Shown here: positions 52,157 through 62,806 of the stretch, in pieces
Numbering within the stretch: position 1 is the first letter of the stretch
Layout: the number at the start of each line of letters is the position of its first letter
Notes under the pieces: model-generated
What the model was told of the DNA's origin: nothing
Seen by the model: only the letters and a program-made list of their open reading frames with translations
Databases searched by the model: none
Translations under genes and position numbers: made by a program
DNA from: Mustelus asterias
Taxonomy: Eukaryota
DNA length: 64,000 bases
Assembly: GCF_964213995.1 (NCBI RefSeq)
Contig: NC_135817.1
Span: 70,866,001-70,930,000 of the forward strand
Direction: 5' to 3'

Positions 52157-52988
52157 TAAAAGGAGGAGAGACAGATAGAGAGGCAGTAAGGCTCAGGGAT
52201 GGAATTACACAGCTTCAGGCCTTGACATGTGCAAGAACAGTCCAGAACTAGAGAAGCTGGAGGGGATGACGGAGAGGCACACTCAGAGAGGGATTTGAAA
52301 ACAAGGTTGAGAATTTGAAAGTTGAGGCACTGTCAGTCAGGAAGCCTGCATAGCACAGACGGGCAAATGGAACTTGGTCCTGGATAATTACAGGCAAAAA
52401 ACATCAAAGGGTGGAATTCTCTCACCCTTCCCGCCAGCAGGATTTCTGTCCTGCCGAAGGGTGACACCACCCACCCCCCCTCCCTCCCTCCCCCCAACCC
52501 CCCACCCCCTTTCCCTGAGGGTGGGACAAGTGAGACACACAAAACACCCGTAGACATTGGTGGTACCGGAAGATCCCACCAGGGGCCAATGACAAGCTGC
52601 CTCTGCCACTGGAAAACACACCCAGGGAGGGGGTGTGAGTCCTGGCCTAGCTGCATTCAATGTGTTGTAAAAGAGCAGACTGTACTGAAGGGTAAGCTAT
52701 ACATCTGCCTTACGTTGAGGCTGCCTCTCACTTGTTTCAGACAGGTGGGCTACACACCCATTTGCAGGTTCGCCTGAAAATGATGTCAAGTGGGCCCTTG
52801 GGCATCAAGGGGGTGGCCGCTATGCCTCTTCGATTTTCAATTGGCAGCCTTTTGTTTTTCAGATGAGTGACACATAGTTGAAAATTGCTCCTTGCATGTC
52901 CCCAAGAAGCCCGAGGGAATATTCAGTACAAACTAGCAAACAGCCTAAACCATTAGAAGTCTAATAACTTGTTACAATTGATTTTCAG

Positions 52989-53294
52989 CTTCTCCCACTG
53001 TTCAGTTAAGAGCAGAGACTTTGCCTTACCCTCATGAAGGTATACAGCTAATCTGCATCTCACTGGAGTTCTACCCTGAGAACATTCAAGTGTCCTGGTT
53101 TCAAGATGGACAGTTGATCACCAATGGCACCAAGAATGGGAGGCTCTGTGCTAACACTGATGGCTCATTCTCCATTATAAGCTTCCTGAATCTTTCTCTA
53201 TTTGACTGGAATGAAGGCAGGAATTATTCCTGTCAAGTGAACCACTCAACACTGTCTACACCCATCACTGAAAGGATTTCTGCTCCGAATGAAG
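52989..53294 (+). CDS. C1-set Ig constant domain exon
   Basis: Acceptor attttcag|, donor GAAG|gtaaaa, 306 nt, phase 1-1. LICISLEFYPENIQVSW...DGSFSIISFLNL...W..GRNYSCQVNHSTL contains the C1 signatures FYP..I.V.W and YxCxVxH. Confidence 0.93.
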
Positions 53295-53619
53295 GTAAAA
53301 ATGTCAGTTCGTTTTGTTATAAAAATCTTTGGACTCTGCAGACTTGTGGAATTTTAAGTTATGTGATTCCAATTACTTTGGGGTAGGATATACATACGAA
53401 TGTTGCACTTGTATCATTCTTTCTCCATCCATATCCCCCTTCCATGCCCAAACCTGACCTCGACCCTGGAAAAAAGCTGTTACCTCATTCACTTATAACT
53501 GCACTCTCAGAATCCCAACTCTCTAACCTTTGTGGCTCCATTTGCCACAATGTGCCTGCAGCTACTGATCTGCACAACTGCACCTTCACCTTCCATCTTG
53601 GATGTCCTGCTTTTTAATA

Positions 53620-54135
53620 AGACCAGTCCTCTCTCACCATTACTCTCACACATGTGCAATTTGGCCATTAAGATCAAGGTGAACCGATCAGCTCACTCTG
53701 CTGCTTCTCTCTCTTCCACAAACCCAATGGGCCAAGTTCCTCCAAAGCTACCCCATTCTCCAGCCCTGAACTCACATCTTCCTCTAGTTTGTCTCCTATC
53801 TCCCCATATCTTGTCCTCTATTGACTTTACTTCCATTAAACTGCTGATCACACAACTTCCCCTCCTGCTCCCCCATGTTGGCCAATATTGCTTGTGATCC
53901 ATTCCCTTTATAAATCTGCCATCACCACCCTCTGCTCAAAGGCCAACCCTTGATTCCACCATTCTTGTAAACTACAGGCCCATCTCCAACCTGCTTTTCC
54001 TCTCCAAAGCTCTTGAATGTGTTTCACTTCCCAAATCCATGCTCTGCTTTTCTGGAACATCGTATTTGAATCCTCCCAATCAGTTCGCCTCTCCCTCCTG
54101 CCACAGTGCCGAAACGGCAGCTCTAATCAATATAA
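53620..54135 (+). mobile_element. Old L2 LINE RT fragment
   Basis: aactacaggcccatctccaacctgcttttcctctccaaagctcttgaa = NYRPISNLLFLSKALE; tgccacagtgccgaaacggca = CHSAETA. Confidence 0.72.
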
Positions 54136-54325
54136 TCAAGGCGACATACTGCGGATGCTGGAATCTGAAGCAACAAGAGAAAATGCTGGAAAATCTCAGC
54201 AGGGTCACTCTCAGAATCCCATCTCAGAAGCAGCAGAGTGAGCTGATCGATTCATCTTGATCTTAGCAGGCAAACTGCACATGAGTGAGACAAATGGTGA
54301 GGGAGTACTGGTCTTATTATCTACT

Positions 54326-54606
54326 GGTGGCACGGTGGCACAGTGGTTAGCACTATTGCCTCACAGCACCAGGGACCTGGGTTTGATTCCCAGTTTGGGT
54401 CACTGTCTGTGTGGCGTTTGCACATTCTCCCCGTGTCTGCGTGGGTTTCCTCCGGATGCTCCGGTTTCCTCCCACATTCTGAAAGACGTGCTGGTTAGGT
54501 GCATTGACTCAAACAGGTGCTGGACTGTGGTGACTAGGGGGGAATTTCACAGTAACTTCATTGCAGTGTTAATGTAAGCCTTACTTGTTACTAATAAATA
54601 AACTTT
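54326..54606 (+). mobile_element. V-SINE, alternative tail
   Basis: Family head, core and tail. Confidence 0.9.
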
Positions 54607-55159
54607 TCTTAAAATTAAAAACCAGGACATCCAAGATGGAGGTGAGTTGCAGTTGTGCAGATCAGTAGCTGCAGGCATATTGTGGCAAATGGAACCATAA
54701 AGGTTAGAGAGTTGGGATTTTGAGAGTGCAGTTATAAGTGAATGCGGTAACAGTTTTTTTCCAGGGGTGGATACAGGAGGAGGTCGGGTTTGGGCATGGA
54801 AGGGGGATATGGATGGAGAAAGAGTGATACCTGATTCGAAATGTTGGCTCTATTCTCTCTCCACAGATGCTGTCAGACCTGCTGAGATTTTCCAGCATTT
54901 TCTATGTTTTTTTTTCAGCTCTTATCAACGTTGTAAGATATTTTCACCAGGGGCCCTGCTCCACCACTGATTCAGCCCCTACCGTGAGTTGATAGGGGGC
55001 TGGTGACAACTAAATATGCTTATTTCTGCTCGATGCAATAACTATATTTACCATTCACTTAATCAAAAGCAAACACTTACAATGCCTAATGTCCAACTTA
55101 CTTGCATGGGAGAGACTGTGTAGTGGTAATGTAATTAAATAAGACATTCAAAGGCCCAT

Positions 55160-55490
55160 ATGTCATAGGAGCAGAATTAGGCCATTCAGCCCATCAAGTC
55201 TGCTCTACCATTTAATCATGGCTGATAAGTTTCTCAACCCCATTCTCCTGCCTTTCCACAGAACCTTACCAATTAACAATCCATCTATCTGTCTTAAATG
55301 CACTCAATGACCTGGCCTCCACAGCCCTCTATGGCCATGAATTCCATAGATTCACCACCCTCTGGCTGAAGAAATTCTTCCTCAACTTGGTTCTAAAGGG
55401 TCGTCCCTTTACTCTGAGGCTGTGCCCTCGGATCCTTGTCTCGTCTACTAACAGAAACATCTTTCCCACGTCCACTCTATCCAGGACCCC
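55160..55490 (-). mobile_element. CR1 3' end
   Basis: LDRVDVGKMF...RGHSLRVKG...FFSQRVVNLWNS. Confidence 0.85.
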
Positions 55491-56437
55491 TGTGTACCAC
55501 CCAGGCAAGTACACAGGGGACATAGGTTCAAATCCCACCATGGGAGCTGGTGGAATTTACATTCAAACTGATTTTTAAAAATCTGGAATTAAAAGCTATT
55601 CTCAATTATACATTCATCCAAAAAACTATCTGGTTCACTCATGTCCTTTAGGGAAGAAAATCTGCCATCCGTACCTGGCCCACATGTGACTCCAGACCCA
55701 CAGTAAAGTTGACACTTACCTGCTGTCTGAAATGGCAAAGTAAGTGAAGTCCAAGGGCAATGAAAGATGGACAACAATGCTGGCCTTGCCAGTGACACTT
55801 GGGTCTCATGGAAGTATAGAGAAAGAAAGAGATAAGAATATTTTAGCCTTCAGCAATAGATGGTGATTGTTCTCTCTGAGACTGCTTCGTTCCAAGCTGC
55901 TTGAATCAATTATAGTTCATCACCTTTCTCATTTCCTGTCACAACACTCAGCTTATCTGACCTTTCTTATCACGCTCTGTTGAACCACTCGATAATCGGT
56001 TTGCCGTTTCATCTTGTGCCACACTGCTGTCGTGCGGCTGATGTTTATCACGTACACATTGTCCCCAAAGATCACCCATTAACCCTATTGCCCAACCATT
56101 TCACTCGGTGCGTTTATAGCAGTGTCCATTTTCCCATCATGCTTAGCAGTATCATTGGCCTGTTGTCTCCTACCATGCTTTGCACTCTCTCCTTTTAGTA
56201 GGCGGTCCATCTGCTGAGGCTACATACCATAGTCTACATGTACAGAAAATAAAGAAAAACTATTTCAACAGTCACTCACAGAAATATCACAAAGGTTGCC
56301 TTAAAACCACTTACATTGGTGTATAGCAAAAGCCTACATTATTCCATCCCTTTAAATGCTATGCAGCAATTGCATTTAATCATCATTTGCAACACGAGGC
56401 TTCATGCTCAGAATCACCAATAGCTTTTACTTGCCTT

Positions 56438-58669
56438 CACACCTTAGACTTCTGACTGCATTTACACACCTCAGTTAGCAGGTAGATTTTTATTACAAGT
56501 TGCACAGATATCAAAACCTGTGAAATCACTCTTATCCAGGGATGGGGGATCCAGGGGTTCAGGCCTCAGTTCCATAATGCCTTCCACCATCGGGTAATCA
56601 CCTGATTCGATTTCCTCAATGTTTCAGGCAACTTGGTAAAATCTCACAATAGAGCCTTTTGTTTTATCTTTAAGATTGGTGAGGTGTTCTGGTCGTAGGA
56701 GAATATCGTACCCAAAATTAGGCGCCTATGCAGTCAGTTCATGACTACTCATTTCATTCCCAATAGTGATGTTAAGATTACAGGACACATTAGTCAGGTA
56801 CATTTTGAATGCTCCAATGAGTCCTGGCCATTTGGGTACCATGTGTTCCTCATAGCTTATTGGATATGATTGTTTATTTATCACAAAGAGTTGATGCTTG
56901 CTCCTATAACATATAACTCTTTATTCTCATATAAGCTGTCCATATGGGAACACTATCCAAGTCTCCTGTTACCTTGGTGCAATTGATAACCCCTGGTGTC
57001 AATTCAATTCACACACGGGAATTTCACAATCCAACAAATAATAGGGACAGACCCATGTATTCCTCTTCCACTGACAGCCTCCCAAATCTGGAGCAACCCA
57101 TGTAGTCCCATCCATCCAGGCTAACCTGGAGGGAGCATGTAAAGATCTCAACTAGAGCTCTGAATGAGGAAAAATTCTCAACCCGGAATAAAGAATGATC
57201 TTCTATGGTCTCTGGAATGACTGGGTTAACAACATCAATCAATGATCTCTGCATTAGCCCACTTTTGTCACAGTCCTGTAGGACTGGCATCACTTGGGTT
57301 AGTTCCCTCGTTAGGGTATTATTCAACATCTAGGCCGGAATTTTACCATCCCGCTCACCGCGGGAATCGGAGCGGACAAGGGGCAGACCATGGAAAAGTT
57401 TGTTGACCTCGGGCGGGATTTTACGGTTTCTGGACGAGCGAGATGGTAAAATCCCACTCTTCATGTCTGAGGCTTGTTTCAGGTGCACAATTTTAACCCA
57501 GGAGGGTAAATTCTCCTGCACGATCTTCCTAAGATTGACTCTGGTTTGTTCCATGAGCCAAGAACCATACATCATGCAGATGTCATTCTTACTGCCTGAC
57601 GAGATACATCTCCCCCTTTCTTGTATATTTCATTGATAATGTGGTCCTGTCACTCATCTTCTTCCACTAGATCACTAACTCTCCTAAGACTATCTCCTCT
57701 TCTGTACCCATCTGTTGTTGAGTCTCTGCTATCCCCTGGATAATTTCCTCTAACCCGTAATGTAATCGATGAACTGACATTTCCAAACTCGCAACATCTA
57801 GGCTATTCATTATGGACATCCCAGTGTTAAAAATCCTGACCACATCCACAAGGGGATGATTATGGTCAGTGAGCCTGGGTAAGATGCTCTTTTGCAGAGT
57901 TGGTGCAGACTCAATGGGCCAAATGGCCTTCATCTGCACTGTAGGGATTTTATGGTTCTATGATGGACTAGTGGCCGGAGGTCTCTTCCTTTATTCTAAG
58001 CTCACTCTGGCATACATTCAAGAGCAATACAATTTACTGCTCACTCCCTACCCATGGAGCCCCATTGCTACCATCTTCTTTCCTGAATCACGTTCATTCT
58101 CCTGCCACAATTTTGGTTCGAACGTCAGGTCATAGTTCAATATTGGAAAGGTGCTGTTGTACGGCTCACCATTTGTCAGGGTTCAGATCTATTATCTCTC
58201 CCCCCAGTCCCTGCTATTTACTCAGGATGGTCCAAAGCCCATGCCACAGCTTTAAGATCCTTGTCCCTTTTTGTAGTTGTACTTTGCAAGCACATACACC
58301 TTCTCTGAACATGCTTTTAGAACAAATACGTTGCACAAATCACATGGTGCATGTTACGATGGGCACGAAGGGCAGGGGATAGATCCTCCCGTGGGTTTTG
58401 TGAAATATGAATGCCTTTCCTGAGCAAGTGGAGGCGTACCCAATGAGAAGTGGGGGTTAAAACCCATTGCTTCAACCTTGACCGGTAGGGTAGGTCCCCG
58501 AGTATGGTTGTAAGCAGTACAGCCGGCTCTTTGTTGTGTTATGATTGAAGGGTTTTTGGAGATGGACGACTGGTTTAGATGGCATTAATACAGTGCAATT
58601 TGAACCTTCTTCTTGAACAATGGAAAAATCCCAAACCGCTTGCTTTAACTTCATTTGTTCCGCATTTCA
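56438..58669 (-). pseudogene. Degraded endogenous viral envelope / class I fusion glycoprotein-like sequence
   Basis: Ordered on the minus strand: fusion-peptide-like VDVVRIFNTGMSIMNSLDVASLE plus heptad segment (about 57850-57670), central fragments, then aromatic WWKALWN*GLNPWIPHPWIR and a hydrophobic anchor VISQVLISVQLVI (about 56600-56480). Many stops and frameshifts. Confidence 0.5.
57332..57457. mobile_element. Short Harbinger-type MITE inside the env-like remnant
   Basis: ggccggaattttaccatcccgctc...gagcgagatggtaaaatccc inverted ends. Confidence 0.7.
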
Positions 58670-58972
58670 NNNNNNNNNNNNNNNNNNNNNNNNNNNNNNN
58701 NNNNNNNNNNNNNNNNNNNNNNNNNNNNNNNNNNNNNNNNNNNNNNNNNNNNNNNNNNNNNNNNNNNNNNNNNNNNNNNNNNNNNNNNNNNNNNNNNNNN
58801 NNNNNNNNNNNNNNNNNNNNNNNNNNNNNNNNNNNNNNNNNNNNNNNNNNNNNNNNNNNNNNNNNNNNNNNNNNNNNNNNNNNNNNNNNNNNNNNNNNNN
58901 NNNNNNNNNNNNNNNNNNNNNNNNNNNNNNNNNNNNNNNNNNNNNNNNNNNNNNNNNNNNNNNNNNNNNNNN
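58670..58972. other. Assembly gap (303 N)
   Basis: Run of N. Confidence 1.
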
Positions 58973-59420
58973 GGAATGGAACCCCTTTCTATTCATGAAA
59001 CGTGCAGAATTCTCCTCAGTGGCCTTGAGGGTGCCGTGGCTGCGGTCTATGGCCCCCAGCACATTTGGCATTCCAGTGATGGCCACCAATTCTGCAGCCC
59101 AGGCTTCCTGCTGGGCCTTGCCCACGTCAAATTTGACATACTGGATTGCCCAGGCGTACAGAGCATCCGTGACCTCCCTCACACACTTGTGTATGGACGA
59201 CTGTGAGATGCCACACAGGTTTCCACTGCCAGCCTGGTAGCAAAAAGTTTAGGGCGGCTGTCATTTTCACAGCCACCGGGAGTGGGTGCCCCCCTATGCC
59301 CCTGAGGTGCCAGGTACCACACTGCCTCCGTTTGTAGGCAGAGCCATTGGCGGCACACAATGTCCGACAGCTGCTCGAAGGACATTCGCATCCAGAACTG
59401 CCGAGGTCTCCGCTCCCTTC
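58973..59420 (-). mobile_element. PIF/Harbinger transposase fragment (HARBI1-like DDE nuclease), frameshifted
   Basis: GGHPLPVAVKMTAALNF then REVTDALY...GMPNVLGAIDRSH...FMNRKGFHS; matches the Harbinger GAIDGxH and NRKGxxS motifs. Confidence 0.85.
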
Positions 59421-60414
59421 TCCTCCTGCCCCCCCACCCCCCACCCCCCCTCCCCACACCCGTCGACACCCACCCATGGCAATTGTCGGCCATACAAGCC
59501 GCACACGCACACCACCCCCTCCCACACATACACACACACATACACAGATACACACACTCACACACACATAGTTGCTTTACAAGCCTGATGGCTGATTTGT
59601 GAGTCTTTGAAGAGCTCCCTCCCTCTCTGCTCAAACACTGAGATGCTCCTTGGTTTAAGTTTAGATGGATAATTTTTCATTGTCCACCTAAACTTAAACC
59701 AGCTCACGGCTAAGCCTCTGTCACCTTTGACGCTGGTTTCCCGTTATATTGAGGTCGGATGTGCTAGGCCTGTACACCCTTCCCCAGGGTAGTACCTGGT
59801 TGTCCTGCTTCCCCTCGTCCTCCTTCTTGGAGCGTATGAAGCGTGCCTCTTCTTCCTGACCTTTTGATTCCCCCAGGCCTCTGGCTGCTCAGAGTGACTG
59901 TCTTCTGTGGCCTCTCTGTGTGAGGGTGCCATGTCCATCTTCTATGTTCCTTTGCATGAAGCGCTCTGCACTCTTCTCCAGCACAAAGTTCCTCCTGGCA
60001 ACTGGGTGCATGAATCAGTAGGGGAAACAATAATTGCCCAGTGAGTCACTGAACTCTTCCTCTGATATGGTGGCCAAGTGCCAGTTTGAAATGCCACTGC
60101 CCCAGTAGTGTCGCAAAGAGCACAGGAGGGCACCATTGGTTGAAATGAGTGAATTAGTGTCTGTCCCATTCTGAGACACTCAGCACAATGAGTCACTTTC
60201 TGGGAACCCCTGGGCTTTTGACTGCTATCCAAGGTGTGGCTTCAATTGTGTGTTTGCTACCAACGCCTTTCAGTTAAAACTAAAGTGGGAAGAGGAGAAT
60301 CTATGGACAATTTTTGTCAGGTATATTTTAATGTGCAGTGATATAGGCATGAGTTAGTTGTGTAGAATGGCCATGGTGAAGTGTATAAAATGAATATCTT
60401 ACTGAAAAAATAGT

Positions 60415-61469
60415 GAGGGCGATTGTTCCAAAAACATTCAAAGTGTCAAAGTCGCGTCAAACTGGAGTAAATGCCACTGTTTTTTTCAACGGGAATTTCA
60501 AAATGAATCTCCCACACTCTGTGCACAGCAGAATGCACCAGTGTGAATCACAGTTAAAATTCAGGGGGCAGGGCCTATTCCCGCAGGAGAGGCTGGCAGC
60601 ATAGTGCTGAGTGCGCCCCCGCACATGCGCCAATCCGTCAGTGCCGAGTTCGGCACATGCACAGTTGCCCCGCATTGCCAGTCTCCCGCTTGCTGGCCAG
60701 TCCCGTGACCTCCACATCGCTGGCCATGCGACCCCTCCACACCCCAACCGCTACCGCTGGCCTCCCGGACATGTCCGGGCCAGCCTCAACCCCTGCCCTC
60801 CCCCAGCCCGCCTCGATCTCCCAACCCCCGCAGACCCCAACCCCACCACCCCCCCCGCAGATCCTGACCCCACTCCCCCCACCCCAATTGCTGCCCTCCC
60901 TCCCTCTGCCCACGATTCCAAAGTGCAGAGTAGCAGCGGGAACCTCCAACCCCACCGATCTCCCCCCAGAGGCCCCACCCCCATTAGGCCCCACCCCTCT
61001 GTCCCCACTCCCTTGCCACTGCCTGGTGCCCGGTGGGCAGTGCCAAGATGCCCCCTGGGCATTGCCATTTAGGCAGTGCCAGGGGGTCAGGCTGGCATTG
61101 CCAGGCTGGCAATGCCCAGGGGGCACCCCCTTCATGCATGACCTCCAGGGGGACCTCCATGGCACCCCCCCTCCCTTCACTCCAGTGGGGTTGGGCTGCC
61201 ATTCCCCCAGGAGTGAGGCTATTGTAAACCCCGCTGGAGTGGAACACTCTTGGTGGGGTGGGGGCAGAATCTAGTAGACCTCAGCCCTGGGCCTGCTAAT
61301 GAAGTGCTAATTCTAATTTAAATAAATTATACAGCTCCGTGCCAATTTCTGGCACAGAGCTGATGGCGCGGGAAAGCCGGCGGCCAGAGGCTCGCGGAGG
61401 CCGTGGCGCCCAGCGAGGAGCCCGTCAAACGGCCTCCACTTAAGTCTCCCAGCTGAGAGAATCGCCCCC
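60415..61469. mobile_element. Non-autonomous GC-rich Harbinger-type DNA transposon
   Basis: Ends gagggcgattgttc / gagaatcgccccc; flanks agt/att; C-rich interior like 38549-39721. Confidence 0.65.
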
Positions 61470-61631
61470 ATTATGGTTACCAAACAGCCCACATCACCTT
61501 CATCATCTTGTCATACAAATTTATTTAACAGTTACACTGTACGCAAAAAATAAGATTGAAGTCTTGAGTGATGCTTTGTGGATTATTTCTCAACACAGAT
61601 TTCACTCCATGTTCCCAATAACTTTCAACAG

Positions 61632-61736
61632 GTCCTCCCAGTGATAACCTATTCTGGATATCCCCAACAGTTAGCTGTCTAATTGCATTGATGGTGTTCG
61701 TGATCATTGCAGTGTTTTGGGCATGTTTAATTGCAA
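61632..61736 (+). CDS. Transmembrane exon
   Basis: Acceptor tttcaacag|, donor GCAA|gtaagt, 105 nt, phase 1-1. (G)PPSDNLFWISPTVSCLIALMVFVIIAVFWACLIA; uncharged hydrophobic helix in frame with both neighbouring exons. Confidence 0.88.
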
Positions 61737-62231
61737 GTAAGTAGTCTTGATTTTTTACATTTCAATCTACAGTCAGAAAGTCAGAGGGCGGAAATGTATG
61801 AGAATTCAGCAGTCCCAGTCAGAAACTGGCTCCACTGGCCAGTTTTCTCTCCAGATCTTGTCTCTTTAACTGCCAAAACAAAGAGTGGCCATGATTTGCA
61901 CGGTCACTCTGGCGAGGCTGGGACTCTTAGAGCAAGGAAACAGCTCCAGTAAGAGATTGGGCTGCCATTTTGAAAGGGTTAGGGTTAATCTCCCCCCCCC
62001 TCCACCCACTGAGGTATCTGTGGCCTTCACCTCCTTCCCATTCCTAACCATCACCAGCATCCCCAACCCCTTCCCCCCTCGACATTGCCCCCCCCCCTTC
62101 ACCCCCGATCGTCACCAGCATGGCTGCCCCTTCCCCCCCTGCCCCCTACCCCACCTCAATCATGGCTGGCATTGCCGCCCTCCCTCCCCCCCGACCATTG
62201 CCAGCAGCACCCCATCCCCCCCACCCCATCA

Positions 62232-62520
62232 CCAGGGACCTGGGTTCGATTCCCGGCTTGGGTCACTGTCTGTGTGGAGTTTGCACATTCTCCTCGTGTC
62301 TGCGTGGGTTTCCTCCGGGTGCTCCGGTTTCCTCCCACAGTCCAAAGATGTGCGGGTTAGGTTGATTGGCCATGCTAAAATTGCCCCTTAGTGTCCTGAG
62401 ATGTGTAGGTTAGAGGAATTAGTGGGTAAATATGTAGGGGTATGGCCTGGGTGGGATTGTGGTCGGTGCAGACTCGATGGGACGAATGGCCTCTTTCTGT
62501 ACTGTAGGGTTTCTATTCTA
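62232..62520 (+). mobile_element. V-SINE (5'-truncated), CR1-like tail
   Basis: B box, core and tail. Confidence 0.88.
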
Positions 62521-62678
62521 TAAATAAATCAAATCAAATAAGAATAAATTAATTTATCTGGCTTCCATTTTAAAGCAATCTCTCCACACTGAAGTTGACC
62601 GTATTTATGGGCTGTAACCTTTGCTGTTGTTTTGTCTATTGAGCTTCTCTGAGAAATTTCCTGTTTGGCTTGTTGCAG

Positions 62679-62806
62679 AAAAAATGGTTTCATCGACAAA
62701 GGAATCAGCCGTGCCTGACAGTGGCCAAAGTGGGAGAGAGCAACCGAACACTGATGACACCGTCATCTACTCTCTGCTTGGTCCAGAGCTCTCTTATCAT
62801 ATATAA
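62679..62806 (+). CDS. Terminal cytoplasmic exon with ITIM
   Basis: Acceptor ttgttgcag|, phase 1. (K)KMVSSTKESAVPDSGQSGREQPNTDDTVIYSLLGPELSYHI*; VIYSLL fits the ITIM consensus VxYxxL. Basic KK stop-transfer is created by the splice. Confidence 0.82.

Noticed and set aside
53295-53386. Secretory-tail-like read-through of the C1 exon
   Set aside because: No nearby poly(A) signal seen and no resemblance to an Ig secretory tailpiece; unsupported without transcripts.
58579-59240. Long ORFs spanning N run
   Set aside because: Artefacts of the assembly gap; only the minus-strand Harbinger part is meaningful.
58973-59420. Domesticated HARBI1 host gene
   Set aside because: Frameshifted, intronic, and surrounded by related MITEs; a transposon fossil is more likely.
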